The notes beneath the pieces were generated by a model. That model did no database searches. It saw only the letters and a program-made list of their open reading frames with translations, and had not been told where the DNA came from. DNA of 64,000 bases from contig OZ287084.1 of the NCBI GenBank assembly GCA_965645245.1, positions 186,001 through 250,000 on the forward strand. The letters run 5' to 3'. Position numbers and translations under genes: made by a program. Below are positions 13,120 to 25,684 of the stretch, one piece after another. The stretch is from Massalongia carnosa. Lineage: Eukaryota. The first letter of the stretch is position 1, and each line of letters starts with the position of its first letter.

Positions 13120-13479
13120 CCGTATCCCTTCTAAATATTCGTGTCATGCACCAAGGTGACCAAGTCATAGGTTACCACGAATATTCTAATCAGGACTGTT
13201 GACCAGCCAATCAGCTTTTCCTGCGACCACAGTGGTAATTGACCAGCCAGTCAGCTGCTACCCCGACCGACCAGACCCGATCGTCCAGACCCGATCGACC
13301 AGACCAGACCCGACCGACCTGACCCGACCGACCAATCGTTTTCTGTGCCGCAGCGATGGTATCAGACTCGAAACACGATTATAGCTTTAAAAAGCTGACT
13401 GGCTCGACCAACTACAAGAAATGGACGCGTGACATGTCCTTTGCTTTGGAGGAGGCAAAGCTCTGTCCTAGGAACAGCT

Positions 13480-13819
13480 TGTTGATTCACACTGTTTTGG
13501 CGTTATTTGCTTTTGCCACTATACCGAGGTTAACTGTCTTACCCGATATGACTTCACCTTGCAATCGCATGGAACATCTATGGAAATCTATAATTCCGCT
13601 ACTAGCGCACGACAAGGTCCCTGCGAAGAACGCGATGGAAGTTTCTCCAAGACTCCATGAAAGCCATATTCGATGTATATATTTGGGCAAATAATCTCAC
13701 CTCTTTCTTTCTTAGATAGTTCAGTTAGTTCAGTTCAATTTAGTTATATAGCTTCAAGCGCAGCATATCAGCCTTTTCATTGATTCAGTGCAGCTCCCTC
13801 AGCCTATTCTATTTCAACA
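13480..13819. mobile_element. Solo LTR (340 bp) inserted in Copia B gag
   Basis: TGTTGA...TTCAACA ends, flanked by CAGCT/TAGCT (5-bp TSD with one C>T). Removing it rejoins gag at GTAISPP. Confidence 0.8.
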
Positions 13820-14767
13820 TAGCTATATCACCTCCGGCACTGACAGCCAAAGATGATGATGATAAGGAAAGGGTGGAAAGAATCTACCAGCGATCTCTCA
13901 AAATCAAAGACTTCTCTGACGACTCCCGCCGAACGGTGGCGAAAATTGGGCGGATGTGCACCGAGACCGCGCAAAAAGAATTCCTGTCCCAAAGAAACTT
14001 AGCAATATGGACACTGAAAGAGCTGTGGGACCATCTTCGAACCCGCTATACACTACAAAATTGGGCATCCAAATGGAACACGCTTGGGAAATTGCACTCC
14101 ATTCATCAAAAGGATTGTAAGAACGTTGCGGAATTTATCTCGAAAATTCGCGACATCAGTGCAGAAATTACCGACCTGAATATTACCATGGACGAAGCAA
14201 TTACCATTCACGCCCTCAATTCTCTAGACACCCGTTCAAGGTCTACCTGGCCATCCTCAGCCACGATTCACGGGAGAAAGAACATCTTCCGACCCTCGAA
14301 GTCCTAGCAAAGGCACTAGAAGATGAAGAACTACGACTGGCAAGTCAGGACAGGGCCACAGCGAACTATGCTAAAAGAAAGAAGAAGTCCGGAGGGGACT
14401 CCGGCAACAAGAAGAAAGCGGGGAAGAATTCCAACTCCTCCACCTCGACCGACAAAGAAACATCCAAGTGCACCAAGTGTCAGAAGACTCATGAAAAGGG
14501 TGAGTGCTGGATGATAAGATGACGTGTAATGGGTGTGGCAAACTCGGTCATATCAAGAAGTTCTAGAAAAAGAACAAGACCAATCAGGAAAGCGAGGCGA
14601 CTACCCCCGAAGTAACTACCTCAGGGCTATCTTGCTCTAACACAAAAATCACACCGACCGACCAATGAAGTTGAAGAAAGGGAATGGGCGCAGTTCATCT
14701 GATATGTAAGACAGTAGCAACTGTAGATCCGGTCATAAACCCCAGAGTAATCATAGACTCTGGGGCC

Positions 14768-15340
14768 TGCTGGGTCAGAAACCTCTACGTGGTGCAGGCT
14801 ATCAACACCTCCTCGGAGGTGGCTAATATCTGATCATCGCCAACGCGGAAGCCCACCTTGGTGGCCGTTTGAATGATCAACGTCTCTACTGATCATTCAC
14901 CACTTCGAAGGCATACAAAGCCCATTCATTCGGAATGGCCACACCCTTCAGACGGAAGCTTTTCACCACATCAAAAAAGCCATTCATTCGGAATGGCCAC
15001 AGTTCCACGCCTTCATTTATACGACACCACGATCTGCCCTCGATCACGGCCAGTCTTTCCTTCGTTGAGTCAAAATGGTTAAAGACAGAGAATGTTTGTT
15101 GAACGTGTGGAGATACACTGTCTCGTTCATGGAGTCTACAGGATTCCTAGCGCTTGAAGATCTGTGTGTATGCACCGCGTGGTAGAAGAACGATTTCGTT
15201 GCGTTCAATATGGAATAAGGGAGTGGTTTTACCCTGGGGGCCAGGTTTCCACTTCCTGACTGTTTATGTACATAAATAGCAGTCACAGCGTCATATCCTT
15301 AGGATGCATACGGTTAATGAATTAATAAATAATAAAAAAA
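14768..15340 (+). mobile_element. Non-LTR (TPRT) retroposed insert: LINE 3' end or SINE-like, with A-rich tail
   Basis: 16-bp TSD CATAGACTCTGGGGCC (14752-14767) / CATAGACTCTGAGGTC (15341-15356); 3' tail AATAAATAATAAAAAAA; splits the Copia DSG-TDH protease motif. Confidence 0.85.
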
Positions 15341-16055
15341 CATAGACTCTGAGGTCACCGACCATTTCTTTTCCAATCGAGACTTCTTTTCGACCTACAC
15401 CGAGTACTATCTGAGTTTCAGACGGGCTCTGGACAAGTCCTTCTAGCCTTCGGGTATGGAGACGTCGTCCTGAATATGGTACAACAGGACAAAAACATCA
15501 ATGTCCTTACAGTGAGGAATGTCAGCTGGGCACCAGACCTTGGTCACAATCTGTTGAGCACTATTCTTCTTGCAATCAAAGGAGTTGAGGTGTTTCTGAG
15601 AAAGATAGGTGTGGCTACACAGATTCTCCATGAAGGCAAAATTCATGGACTGGCTGATGTTATCGACCGACACTATGTTCTTCGGATAAAGACCCCGGAG
15701 GTGACAATGCATACGAGCTTTGCGACTACACTAATTTTTAATGCGATCAAACTGACTATTGAAATATGATATCGAAGAATGGGCCACCTCGGCTACCGGA
15801 GTGTTCTTAGACTTCTACAAATGGCTAAAGGAATTGACGTGAAAGGACTAGTCCTAGAGGAAATTTGTGGGCCATACATGAAGGACGACAGCAAAGAAAG
15901 CTGTCACGGACTCCTATGCCTCGTGCTGCAAAGTTCCTAGAAGAGGTTCATAGTGATTTAGGAGGTTCCATACCCGGCCTCCCGAAGTTGATTGCAATAT
16001 TACATATCCTTTAAAGATGACGCCACTAGGACATATCATGTTTATCCGATGAAAT

Positions 16056-17296
16056 AGTTGGTGAAACTCCGAAGATGTCGTTCCATTTCTTGATTAACTA
16101 TTTCGCTTTAGCCGTCCGTTTCAGGATGAAATGCGATGGAAAGCTTTGCGATGATTCCTAGGATTTTACACATGCCCTTCCAGGTGTCGGAAACGAACTG
16201 CGGTCCTCGATCAGAAATCATACTGGTTGGGAGGCCGTGATACCTCCAAACATTCCCAATCAGCAGTTTAGCGGTGGCTTCAGCGGTTGTTCCCTCGTCC
16301 TTGGCCGTGCATGGAATGTAGTGCCGTTGCTTTGACAATCGGTTGACTACCATCAAAATTGCATTGTGACCATTTTGGGATTCTGGAAGTCCAGTTACAT
16401 AATCCATCGAAATGTCTGTCCATGGTCTTTCAGGAACTGGCAGGGGTTTCAGTACTCCATTGTATTTGTCCCTGGGTGCTTTGGCTCGTTTGCACACATA
16501 GCAATTTCTGACATAACGCCGAATGGAGTTCAACATGCCTGGTCAATAGTAGTCCCTGGCGATTGTTCGTTGTGTTTTTGCCATCCCGGGGTGTCCAACT
16601 GCTACTTGATCATGAATTTGTCGAATTACATCGAGGATCAAATCATCGTCAGCGGGAACCCATAAGCGTTCGGCTTTATAGAGGTGGCCTTCCTTGATTA
16701 CACAATCTTTGATGCTGGGGAGCGGGTCTAGTTCCGTTGACTCTTCATAGTCCTCTTCGGTCAACTTACTCCTCATTCGGTTGCAGGTCTCATCTGAAAG
16801 ATTTCTATGTTTGATCTTTTCTGCGAGGGTAAGGTCTTCATCGATGATCTCGATTGGTTGAAGGTTTGGATGCAGGAGTGTCCACTCTAGGCTTGAAGGG
16901 TGTTGATGCTTTGATGACGTTTTTCCTTCCTTCGTTCATTCGATCATAGCTCGCTTTTGAACTCTCGACATCTTTCAAAGCTTGAAAAATTCGCTGGCAA
17001 CGATGAGCATACTCATAAATGTCCGTGGGTTCCTGATTTCCGATGGCCAGTTGCTTTTTCATGTCCAAGGAGAGCTTGTGAGTGAGTTCATCAATAAGGG
17101 TGGAGGGGCTATAATCTAACTCCGAAGATAGTCGTTCAAATTCGGACCAGAAAGAATTAAAGTCCTTACTTTCCATGCGCAAGGCTCTAAATGCCTTCAT
17201 AGCAGTGTGTTTTCGATTGCGGTCCCCATAAATTCGTTCCAATAATTCCAACATTTCCTCAGCGGTCTCGAAAGGTTTGGCGGCCCCTTTCCTCCG
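16056..17296 (-). mobile_element. Ty3/Gypsy fragment with gag fused directly to integrase
   Basis: Gag LERIYGDRNRK (17254-16838) abuts integrase GHPG..CYVC..ISMDYV..SDRGPQF..HPETDG (16836-16056). PR/RT/RH absent. Related to Gypsy 1. Confidence 0.85.
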
Positions 17297-17630
17297 AGGT
17301 GCTTAGGGACAGTCCCCCCCGGACCGTCCCCCCCCCCCCCCCCCTGTGTAAATCTTTGATAGTAAACAGCCATTTCACTTGCTTATCCGAGGCCGATTTT
17401 TTTTGGGGCCGCGGGGTTGAGGTTTAGCGTAAAAATTTGGCTTGCCTGCAAAATCGTCACGCTGTATATGGACAACATCGCCCGTGACCAAGCTCCATAC
17501 CACGATTTTCTCTCCTCGACCCATTCAATCGAACTGCAAAAAGCCTGCCTGTCCTCGTTTTGCGCCGCGAGCGACTTGCTGATCAACGAGCGTTCTACAT
17601 ACCACAGATACCCTCTTTGGCGACCGCACG

Positions 17631-20600
17631 ATGGACCCGGGTCCCTCCGCTGCAGGCCCCGCTGTCGCAGATCCGGAGACGGCGGCGCCTCTTTCTTGGC
17701 CTCCTCCTGAGGCTTACGTTGATGTCGACGCCGTCAAGCGTGAGTCTCAGGCCTATGCCACCCACGGCAACAACGAGGCCGCCATGGCCGCCACCATGAG
17801 GCGCGTCCGCGGGATGCGGGAGGAGGATCGGAGGGCCAACACCCTTAAGACGTACCGCAAGTGCTGGCATCTGTGGGAGGTGACTACGATAGGTATGCCC
17901 TGCAAATTTGGGCCTACGCTAACATCCTACAGAAGTGGTGCCGACGTCGCAATTTTCCTGACGGCGTCCTTGTGTGGGAGCGGAAGATGCTCCTCGTCCT
18001 CGAAGAGGTCGTCCTCCGCCTGCGCTTCGTCCCACGTCCCAAGCTCACAGGCGCAGCAGCGCAGGCCAGGCGGCGGGATCAGAATCGCCAACGGCAGGCT
18101 AAGCGCCGCGCGTTGAAGAGGGGGAAGGGGAAGACGATGGAGGCGGTGGAAGCCTCGCCAGCGGTAGAGGGAGAGGAGGTGGAGGAGGTGGAAAAATTCG
18201 AGGAATTCTCCGACGACGAGGAGCTCGTTGAGACGGTGAGTCGGCCCCTGAACTCGAACTCAGGGATAGAATCATCTTTTTGTAGCTTACTGACTCGTCT
18301 TGCAGCAAGCCGACGACCCTTTATCCCGGCCCCTGGCGCCCGATAGCGTGGAATCGGGCTACGTCTCTGCCCTCTGCGCCCTCTTCGATGACCAGCACCT
18401 CGAAGAGAATTTGGTGCCCCATCCTAGAGGGAAGGCCACCAAAGCCCTAATGACGCGCTTACGCATCGATTGGAGCGCTTTCAAGCGGGCCTCGTTCGAG
18501 GATCGCGCGATCCACGGCCTCACCGACGGCTACACGACTGAGCAGGCCGCTCAATTGTCGGCAATGCTGCTCGCCGGGGGCAAGGTTTTGGGGAAGGAGG
18601 GCGTGGCGGGCGGCGAGTGGCACCTCCTGCGGACTCGCCTTGACTTCCTCTTAATGCATTCGATGATGCTGCGGGGGGAGTCAACGCGGAGGGCTGAGCT
18701 ACCTGACCTCTGCGCCTACGACCTCCCTAACGAGGGGTCCGAATGCCTTGCGTTGATCCTTCGAATTGGCCAGGGCAAGAGCATTCCTCTGGCGGACGGG
18801 GGCAACTCGCGCCGCCAGCATTACCATGGTGCTTTGCGGAGCAGAGATGTCGTCCTCTGTCCTCTCGGCGCCCTCGCCCACTGGCTCGTCTTGCGCTGGA
18901 ATCTCCTCCTGGAGAAGCGGCCGGACTTCCGGGATCGATCTTCGAGGTATTTCACGAAGGTTATCTCCGGGAGCCTGGCGCGATCTAAGGAGGAGATCTC
19001 CGACAAAACACAGGCCCGATGGATTAAGCCGGCTTTGGATGCTGTTGGCGTCGACAGCTCCAAGACGGTCCACACACCATGCGGCAGTCCTCGTCACGGC
19101 TGGCCGACATGTGGGAGGTCCCCGCGGACCAGGTAAGTACTCTACGATTCATGGCCCCTTATACTTACTAGCATTACCCTTATATCAGCTACTACAGATC
19201 ATGAGAGCAGGCGGATGGGAACGTGGCGTCTGGGCCACTAACTACCTCACCCGCCTGCCGCGTGTCTACATGCGTCGCGCCGCCGGCTTTAGCAACTCCC
19301 CGGGAGTTACTTTTTGAGAAGAGGAGGACACACCGGATCTAGCCCTGCAGCGGCAGGTGTGGCCTTAGGTAGATGACGCTCTGGCGGCGTACAAAGGCGG
19401 TCTTTTTCCTGATGCGGATAAGGCAGGGAAGAAGGTTCTGGAGATGTTGCTGCGGCTGCGTTGTGTCTTCCTGCAAGATGCGGAGCTTCTACAGCCTCAG
19501 TTTCCTGAGCTTTCGCTCTGGAGACACCAAGTCTTCAGAGATCCCCTTTGGCCTGCGTTCGCGGCGAAGATACGGGAATTGGAGGTAGAAAAGGAACCTT
19601 TGCACGTGGCCATCCACGGCGTGCTGCCTCTTGTTGCTGACTCCGTTGATGGCGTCAGTAACAAGGTCAGCGGTGTTGCGATTAAGCAAGATCGCACACT
19701 CAACGCTGTGGAGAGGTTGCTCTCCGGGCAGAGCCAGCTGACGACCACCTTGAGTGCGCTGCCGGCGGCAAATGCCCAGGAGATAGCTCGAGTCCTGTTT
19801 AAAATAGGAGGGATGGATGGAGAATGATGGACCCAATGCACAGAAAATAGGTGGCAGAGTGCCAGAAGTCTCTGGATAGTACAGAACTTCTATGAATGAA
19901 ATAATTCAGATTATTGCGACTGATCTCTAAGCTATGCGTAGGAGTGATGTTATATACATGTTGATCATAGAACATTCGAGATTCTCCCCGAACGTCTATA
20001 GACCTGAATTTCTAAGCAGCGAAGATACCAGAAATTCTCAGATGTAACTATTCCCATATCAGTAAAATACGCGAGGGCATTCGCATATTACGTCAAATAT
20101 GATCTAGCTGGCTTGGCATTCGCAACAAGTCCTGGGTTCGTAGCTCTCACAGTTGCAGGCCACGGTCTCGACGCTACCTCGATCCTTTCTGATGGTTCCT
20201 GTGGAGGCTGTTCGGAGGGACTGGCTGCTGGACGAGGCTTCTTGGCGAGGGCAGGCGACTGCTCTTGCGACGGCGGCGCACTCCGTTGGTGAAGAGCCTG
20301 CTGCATCGTCCTCGTACGTCGACGCAGTCGCTTCTCTCCTTCCTACACCTTCTGTCGTCCTCACTTCCGTCCCCGGAGAGGCGTCTACGGTCTCTGCGCC
20401 CTGTGGCTCCCTCCCCCAAGAGGGGCCGCCTCAACGTCCTCCTGGCTGCCCGGCGGAGCCCATTCTCGGCGGCGTGACCTCGGCGGAGGCGGTGTTGGAG
20501 GATTTCGCGGTGGAGACGTTGGTGGAGGGGGTCCGGCGTACGTCTCTCGACGAGTTGGACCGCCTCTTCGGGGTTAAGTGGAGGTACACTCCTGCCCTGA

Positions 20601-20767
20601 GGCAGCGGTTCTACGTCAAGAGACGGATCCGTCGGTACCTTCAGGGGAAGGCGAATGAGCAGGGGAGGGATCCGTGGGATATTGCGCGGGAAGTTGACAG
20701 TTTGGGGCTCTCTGGACATCAGATCTCTAAGCGTATTGACGCTGGAGAGGATCTGCTTCGTAGATAG
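17631..20767 (+). mobile_element. Crypton (tyrosine-recombinase transposon, NDC10-like YR plus GCR1_C-like tail), disrupted
   Basis: Introns 17880-17932, 18236-18305 and 19133-19197. YR motifs MLRGES, CPLGALA, HTMR (after a 2-bp frameshift near 19075), GGW..NY, LRCVFLQDA. C-terminal LDELDRLFGVKWR..FY..RR. GC-rich relative to flanks; stops at 19315 and 19367. Confidence 0.85.
19796..20127 (-). mobile_element. Copia solo LTR (same family as 61114-61447) inside the Crypton ORF
   Basis: Reverse-complement match to LTR 61114-61447; TSD AGTCC at 19791-19795 and 20128-20132. Confidence 0.95.
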
Positions 20768-21499
20768 GCCAATGGTACCTCTTTCTCTCTACGAGTACTA
20801 GCCATGGAGGCCTGTAACACCGTTTCTACTAAGAAGCGATCACTCGTAATGTGTCCGTAGTACCTCCTTCTCGTTCCTGTGACTGGGTGGGACATCTTGT
20901 GACAAGGCGTGCAACTGCACCACGTATCGCGCCATCAGCGCTACGTTAATTCTACTCGGGGTAAGATGTTTCTTCTATTCAGAAGAATCTCTTTTCAGCA
21001 AGCCCAGTTTCAAAATTCTAGCAAAACCCCTTTGTGGTTCGATTGCGAAGCGCAAATGTCGACCTTCGCAACGACCAGGGCGTCGGTTTTGCACGGCGAT
21101 CCTACACTTCACAGCACATCAAATCAGACAATTCAGGCACGGGTCTACTCGTTGAAGGATGCTCTATTTGACGGTTTAAACTGCTTCAGAATAAAAAAAA
21201 TTTTCGCTGCGCGAGACTACAACTTCGGGTTACTAAGGCTATTTGGCGTGACAAGAAAAAATCGCGGGATTTAGGATTTTAAACGCCGCTAAGTGTCACG
21301 CGCGATAATTAAGGCTTATAATAAAGCATACTCTCACCCTCACGTACCATTTGCCCTTGCCCTTGTCCTAACCCTTTGCCCTCTCTGTTGGAACTGTGAC
21401 TGCAACAGGCGGAATGGTAGCACTGGGTAATTGATATGACTAGTTCGACAAACGAGTTCTTGCACATGCAAAACAAACTGGGAGAAACGATTGACTTTC

Positions 21500-22740
21500 T
21501 ACCACTACGTAGGGTAAAACTGCTCCTATTTATGCCAGTCCACCAGCGATTCCAGAAGCTTCCATTTCCATCTCATCGGTTCCCGCTTCCGATGCGATTT
21601 CTGACTTCATACTAATTTGCCACTGCCACAAGCCTTTCCTTGCCGAGGTAGATGCAAATTGCTTTGTCAGCTGGTTTCGGTACTTGGCATCGGTTGCCGT
21701 TTTAACACTCTCTAAATCTCTCATATTATATATATTTACTACTCCTCATCGCGATAGAGTTCGATCCCACTTCTTTGGATGCACGAAAGTGTTAAATAAA
21801 CAGTTGACGGCATAATGTTGAAATTACTACGGAGGTGACTGCTTATAGCAGTCATGGCAGCCTGCAGGGCTGAGCTAGATCTAATGGGGCTAAGCGAGTA
21901 TTCCAACAGAAAGCAACACGCCATTGCCCTTCTACCCTCACCTCACCTCCTTCTTCCGCAAGAGAATGAATTATTCTCGTCTTGGAAGAAGGCAAAGACT
22001 CGTCTTCAAGACTATGCCTTCACCCAAGGGTTCGCGCTGGTCACAGAAACTCACGATAAGAAAAACCATTTAATCGTATTAGACTGCACACGCCATCACA
22101 AAAGAGCTAGAAACACTAGAAAAGTAGAGGAGGAAGACCGGGTGCGAGCCAATACCAAATTTTCGTTCAATGAGTGCCCTTATCGCCTCCGTCTCAAAAA
22201 AAAACAAAGACAATGCATGGAGACTAATAGTTACTAACTCCGAGCACAATCATGAGATGGCCACTGAACCCTTTGCATTCAGAGAACATCATAGTAGGGA
22301 CCCTGATCGAACAGATGCCTTAGATCAAGGGAAGAGTCCCCGTGCATCGTCAACCCAATATGGCCAAGCAGCGAGAATATTAGGAATCCAAGGACTTCGT
22401 CTGTCGAGGAGCGATTATTATAATCTCGCTCATTCGGAGGGAGCTCACACGCCTGAAGAAGAGCTTCTTTTTGCCTTGGGCTCGTTGGAAGACAGGGGCT
22501 TTCATGTATGGTGTAAGGAAAAATATATTGTTAAGAATAATGTGCGTGAGAGACGGGTGATAGAACAATTTTTTATTTTGCAATGCGGAGCAAATTAGGC
22601 TGGCTCGACGTTTCGTGGGTGGGTTTCTATTAGAAATGGATGCAACGTTCAATACTAATAAATTGAACCTGCCTTTATTCGCTTTGGTTGGAATCACTAA
22701 CACCGACCTTTCGTTTCTCGTCGTTTATTGCTATATAACT
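21500..22740 (+). mobile_element. MULE remnant 2 (FAR1-like N-terminus, start of DDE domain)
   Basis: QDYAFTQGFALV..CTRH..NSEHNH..MDATFNTNKLNLPL; frameshifts; truncated near 22740. The start coordinate is approximate. Confidence 0.8.
21790..21908 (-). mobile_element. Solo LTR of Copia A family (119 bp)
   Basis: Reverse complement of 4144-4262; TSD GAAAG on both sides. Confidence 0.95.
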
Positions 22741-22980
22741 TAATCCTACCTCAGGCAGCGCCGCCTCCATCTCTTTATGATGAATGATAAATTCACGTGT
22801 AGGTATAATAGCATGATTGTCATTGAAGGTAATTATCTATGTGGGCTATTTGTCTGCTTTATATAGCAGTCACAAAACAGTCACATCTAGGAGCCTAAAC
22901 GGTCAGACCTTGTCCCCCCATATCTTCTTGTTTAGGCACCCTGACGGTCAGACCTTGGCTTCCATATCTGCTTGTTTAGG

Positions 22981-23500
22981 TCTCCGTCAAACAACATATC
23001 TGAAGGTATTGCAGCGATTTAATATGCTCGACTGCAGGCCTATATCTACCCCCATGGACCCCGGTGCCGGAAACACACTCATGCCGTCGGAAGACCAGGA
23101 CGACAAGAAAACAATTACCTGTTATCAGTCGGTGGTAGGCCCGCTGATGTGGCCAGCCATGCATACTCGCCCCGACATCGCTTATACAGTGGGAGTACTG
23201 AGTCGATATTGTTCGAACCCAGGCCCATTACATTGCAAATATCTTCAGCGCATTATGCGCTATATCTCCAGTACCCTAGATACAGGCCTCGTATTTAGAA
23301 AAGACACTGAGGATGACATTGTGGGGTACTCGGACTCCGACTATGCTGGAACGAAAGATGGGAGAAGTTCGACAGGGGATTATAAATTCTTATTAGCAGG
23401 CGCCCCGATTTCTTACCGTTCCAAGCTACAACCCACCGTCGCCCTATCCACCTGCGAGGCCGAATATATGGCCCTGACGGAAGCGGCTAAAGAGGCAATT
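22981..23500 (+). mobile_element. Copia RT/RNase H fragment
   Basis: LRQTTYL..STPM..TRPDIAYTVG..GYSDSDYAG..VALSTCEAEY; no LTRs. Confidence 0.9.
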
Positions 23501-23707
23501 TGCATAGCAAACCGCCAGTTTAGCGGGAGCAGTTCCTTAATTTTTCTTCCGGGGATTGGTGGCTGAATGGGGAAAGCATCTGAAGGACATCAGGGCTCGC
23601 TGCATTATGCGCTCACAAGAACCGCCTTCTCCCACATATTTCCCCTCATACTTCATCATCAAACTTGAAGATCTTCACAAGGCCCGCAGCTATCATTTCT
23701 TTATCTA

Positions 23708-24632
23708 TTCTATCGAGCTACGCCCTCGGACGTCTCTGAGATTTCCCCTTTTATAGACCTCTCTAAACTTTTTCATAAGCCCGTCTACATCCAAGGTCCC
23801 ACTCTATCCTAATACCGCCGCTATCACGAGCGCGGTAACTCCTCCACCCACTACACCTATAGCAATAATCGCGTTGACGGCAGTTCCGCTCATATCCGCG
23901 CTCTGACACCACGCAAAAAGGCTTTCCGCTTCAACGAGACCGAGAGAAGCCTGCCATCCTACTGCTACGCTGCCAGCGACTGGACCCATAGCACTGAAGC
24001 CCGCGGCGCCAAGAATTGGCAGAGTAACTGCAGCGGCGGTCGAGAATAGAATACCGATGAGTTAGAAAGCGAAGAGATATGGGTGTGCTTTGATATAAGA
24101 AGAACTGGCTCCTGTAGTGATTCGGTGGAAATAGAGTAAGGACGGTTGACTGCTACTGTTATAAATTGCTAAAGATTGATAAAGGAAGTAATACACTTAT
24201 ATCGGCAAAATCGGGGCTCCAAATGACAGGATGGCAATGAAGAGATGAGGTGGGAGAGTTCTGACATCGTTTGAGAACTCGCCATCGCTGCATTTCCTCA
24301 TTGTTAAGCCATCCAAACGGCTTCTTGCTAGAATCGATTTCGTAGATTAGAGTCACGAAAGCGAAGTGTCCTTGGCGGTTGATTTGTTCCTGGCGCTCAA
24401 GGGAGTCAATACTGGTGGACGGGATGCAATAATGAGTTGAATACATCCCATGACTCTCTCCTTCAATCTGTGAAACGGGAAGAGACTCAATCGAGCCATC
24501 GAAGGCAAGGATGAAGTCCCATGACCTAATGACCCTCAAGGAGCTGTTGCTCTGAGAGCCCCAAATGTAATCAGTAATTCTTTCGACCCATTGCTTCTGT
24601 AATTTCTCGGAGCCGTCGGAGTACTCATTCAT
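23708..24632 (-). pseudogene. Gene with a C-terminal ISG12/IFI6/IFI27-like Gly/Ala-rich membrane domain, disrupted
   Basis: PILGAAGFSAMGPVAGSVAVGWQASLGLVEAESLFAWCQSA motif at about 24020-23900, with probable Q>stop codons near 24062 and 23804. Upstream ORF 24632-24200 is probably exon 1 (donor GTAAGT appears as ATAAGT). Confidence 0.6.
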
Positions 24633-24633
24633 G

Positions 24634-24711
24634 AGCAATTCTCACGCGAATGCGATAGAAGCAATTCTCACACGAATGCGATAGAAGCAATTCTCACGCG
24701 AATGCGATAGA
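24634..24711. repeat. 26-bp tandem repeat x3
   Basis: AGCAATTCTCACGCGAATGCGATAGA three times (one substitution), directly upstream of the ATG at 24632. Confidence 0.95.
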
Positions 24712-25684
24712 TGACGTCTTGGATGATCATGTCGGCTCAACATCAATCGGTCCTGATGCTTACTGTAATAATTCGCGTCGCAAGTTTATAAACTCCGCGT
24801 TCTACCCGCTCCAAACATATCTCGTGAATTAGGATTAACAAAATGGAGGCCCACAAGCAGGAGATTATCGACAACGATCTGCTGAAGCTTGGGTTCCTTG
24901 GCGCGAAGTTGGGACCAAAGGGACACCCTTGCTCATGACCCAGTGATGGATGAGAATCTCAAGAGACAATACATAGAACGGACGATTATGATGACAAGAA
25001 TAATGCCAAAGCAAGAGGTAGTACTCTGTAATCACGATTTGAACCTCTTGGAGTAAGTGCTATGTACGTAAGCATAAAGCATCATAGATTTTAAAAGCAG
25101 AATGCATTCTTTTGATATTGAGCTGTCGCGCACAGAACGTGAAATTTGTGATACAAAGTGAGCGAATGCTTAGTGCTCACAGAAGAGTGATGCTGTGAAC
25201 ATCGTTATTCGACAAGTCGACTTCCTACGCCAAGCAGCAGTATCACGTTAACTATTATGCATAATCGGAGAAGTTGAATCATTAGTACTAGTTATTTTAT
25301 GGACTTGATGGACTTGATGGAGTGCTGATAACATAAAATGTCTTCGTTCCCGTTTAACTCGATTATGATCTTGTGGAAGAATCCTCATTGTAAAGATGAT
25401 CTTTCATGCGAAACAACATGCAGTCTTATCTTATCTACCAACGAGGACGGACATGCCTCGAAAATCATCGGCGGATGACATTTCTGGACTACGCCGCCTA
25501 GATGCATCCGGTGAAACGTGCTGGACCAATCAGTGCTAAGAAATAAGCAGGCTGCGCCCACCTGCCTGTCATGGAGAAATTTTACTCTCTCTTGACCACC
25601 AGTACACACCAGTACACCTCAGCATTGATTTGATGAGTCTAATGTTGCCAGCGCAATACCTTAGTCTACGACTATCATTATTTG

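Larger units (their letters stand above)
13140..16055 (+). mobile_element. Ty1/Copia remnant B (gag-PR-partial IN) carrying two insertions
   Basis: Gag KKLTGSTNYKKW..YTLQNWASKW related to Copia A, IIDSG/TDHF protease, HSDLGG integrase start. Many stops and frameshifts; ends abruptly near 16055. Confidence 0.85.

Noticed and set aside
13255..13335. CCGAC/CCAGAC low-complexity repeats
   Set aside because: Ordinary degenerate repeats in the Copia B leader.
17631..20767. Starship captain (DUF3435) as the identity of the tyrosine recombinase
   Set aside because: The motifs and the GCR1_C-like tail fit Crypton/NDC10-like YRs.
22899..22980. Two ~40-bp direct repeats (ACGGTCAGACCTT..TTGTTTAGG)
   Set aside because: Real, but unassignable; probably a leftover subterminal repeat of a deleted element.
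24634..24711. Possible CRISPR-like array
   Set aside because: The units are contiguous with no spacers, the context is eukaryotic and there are no cas genes.
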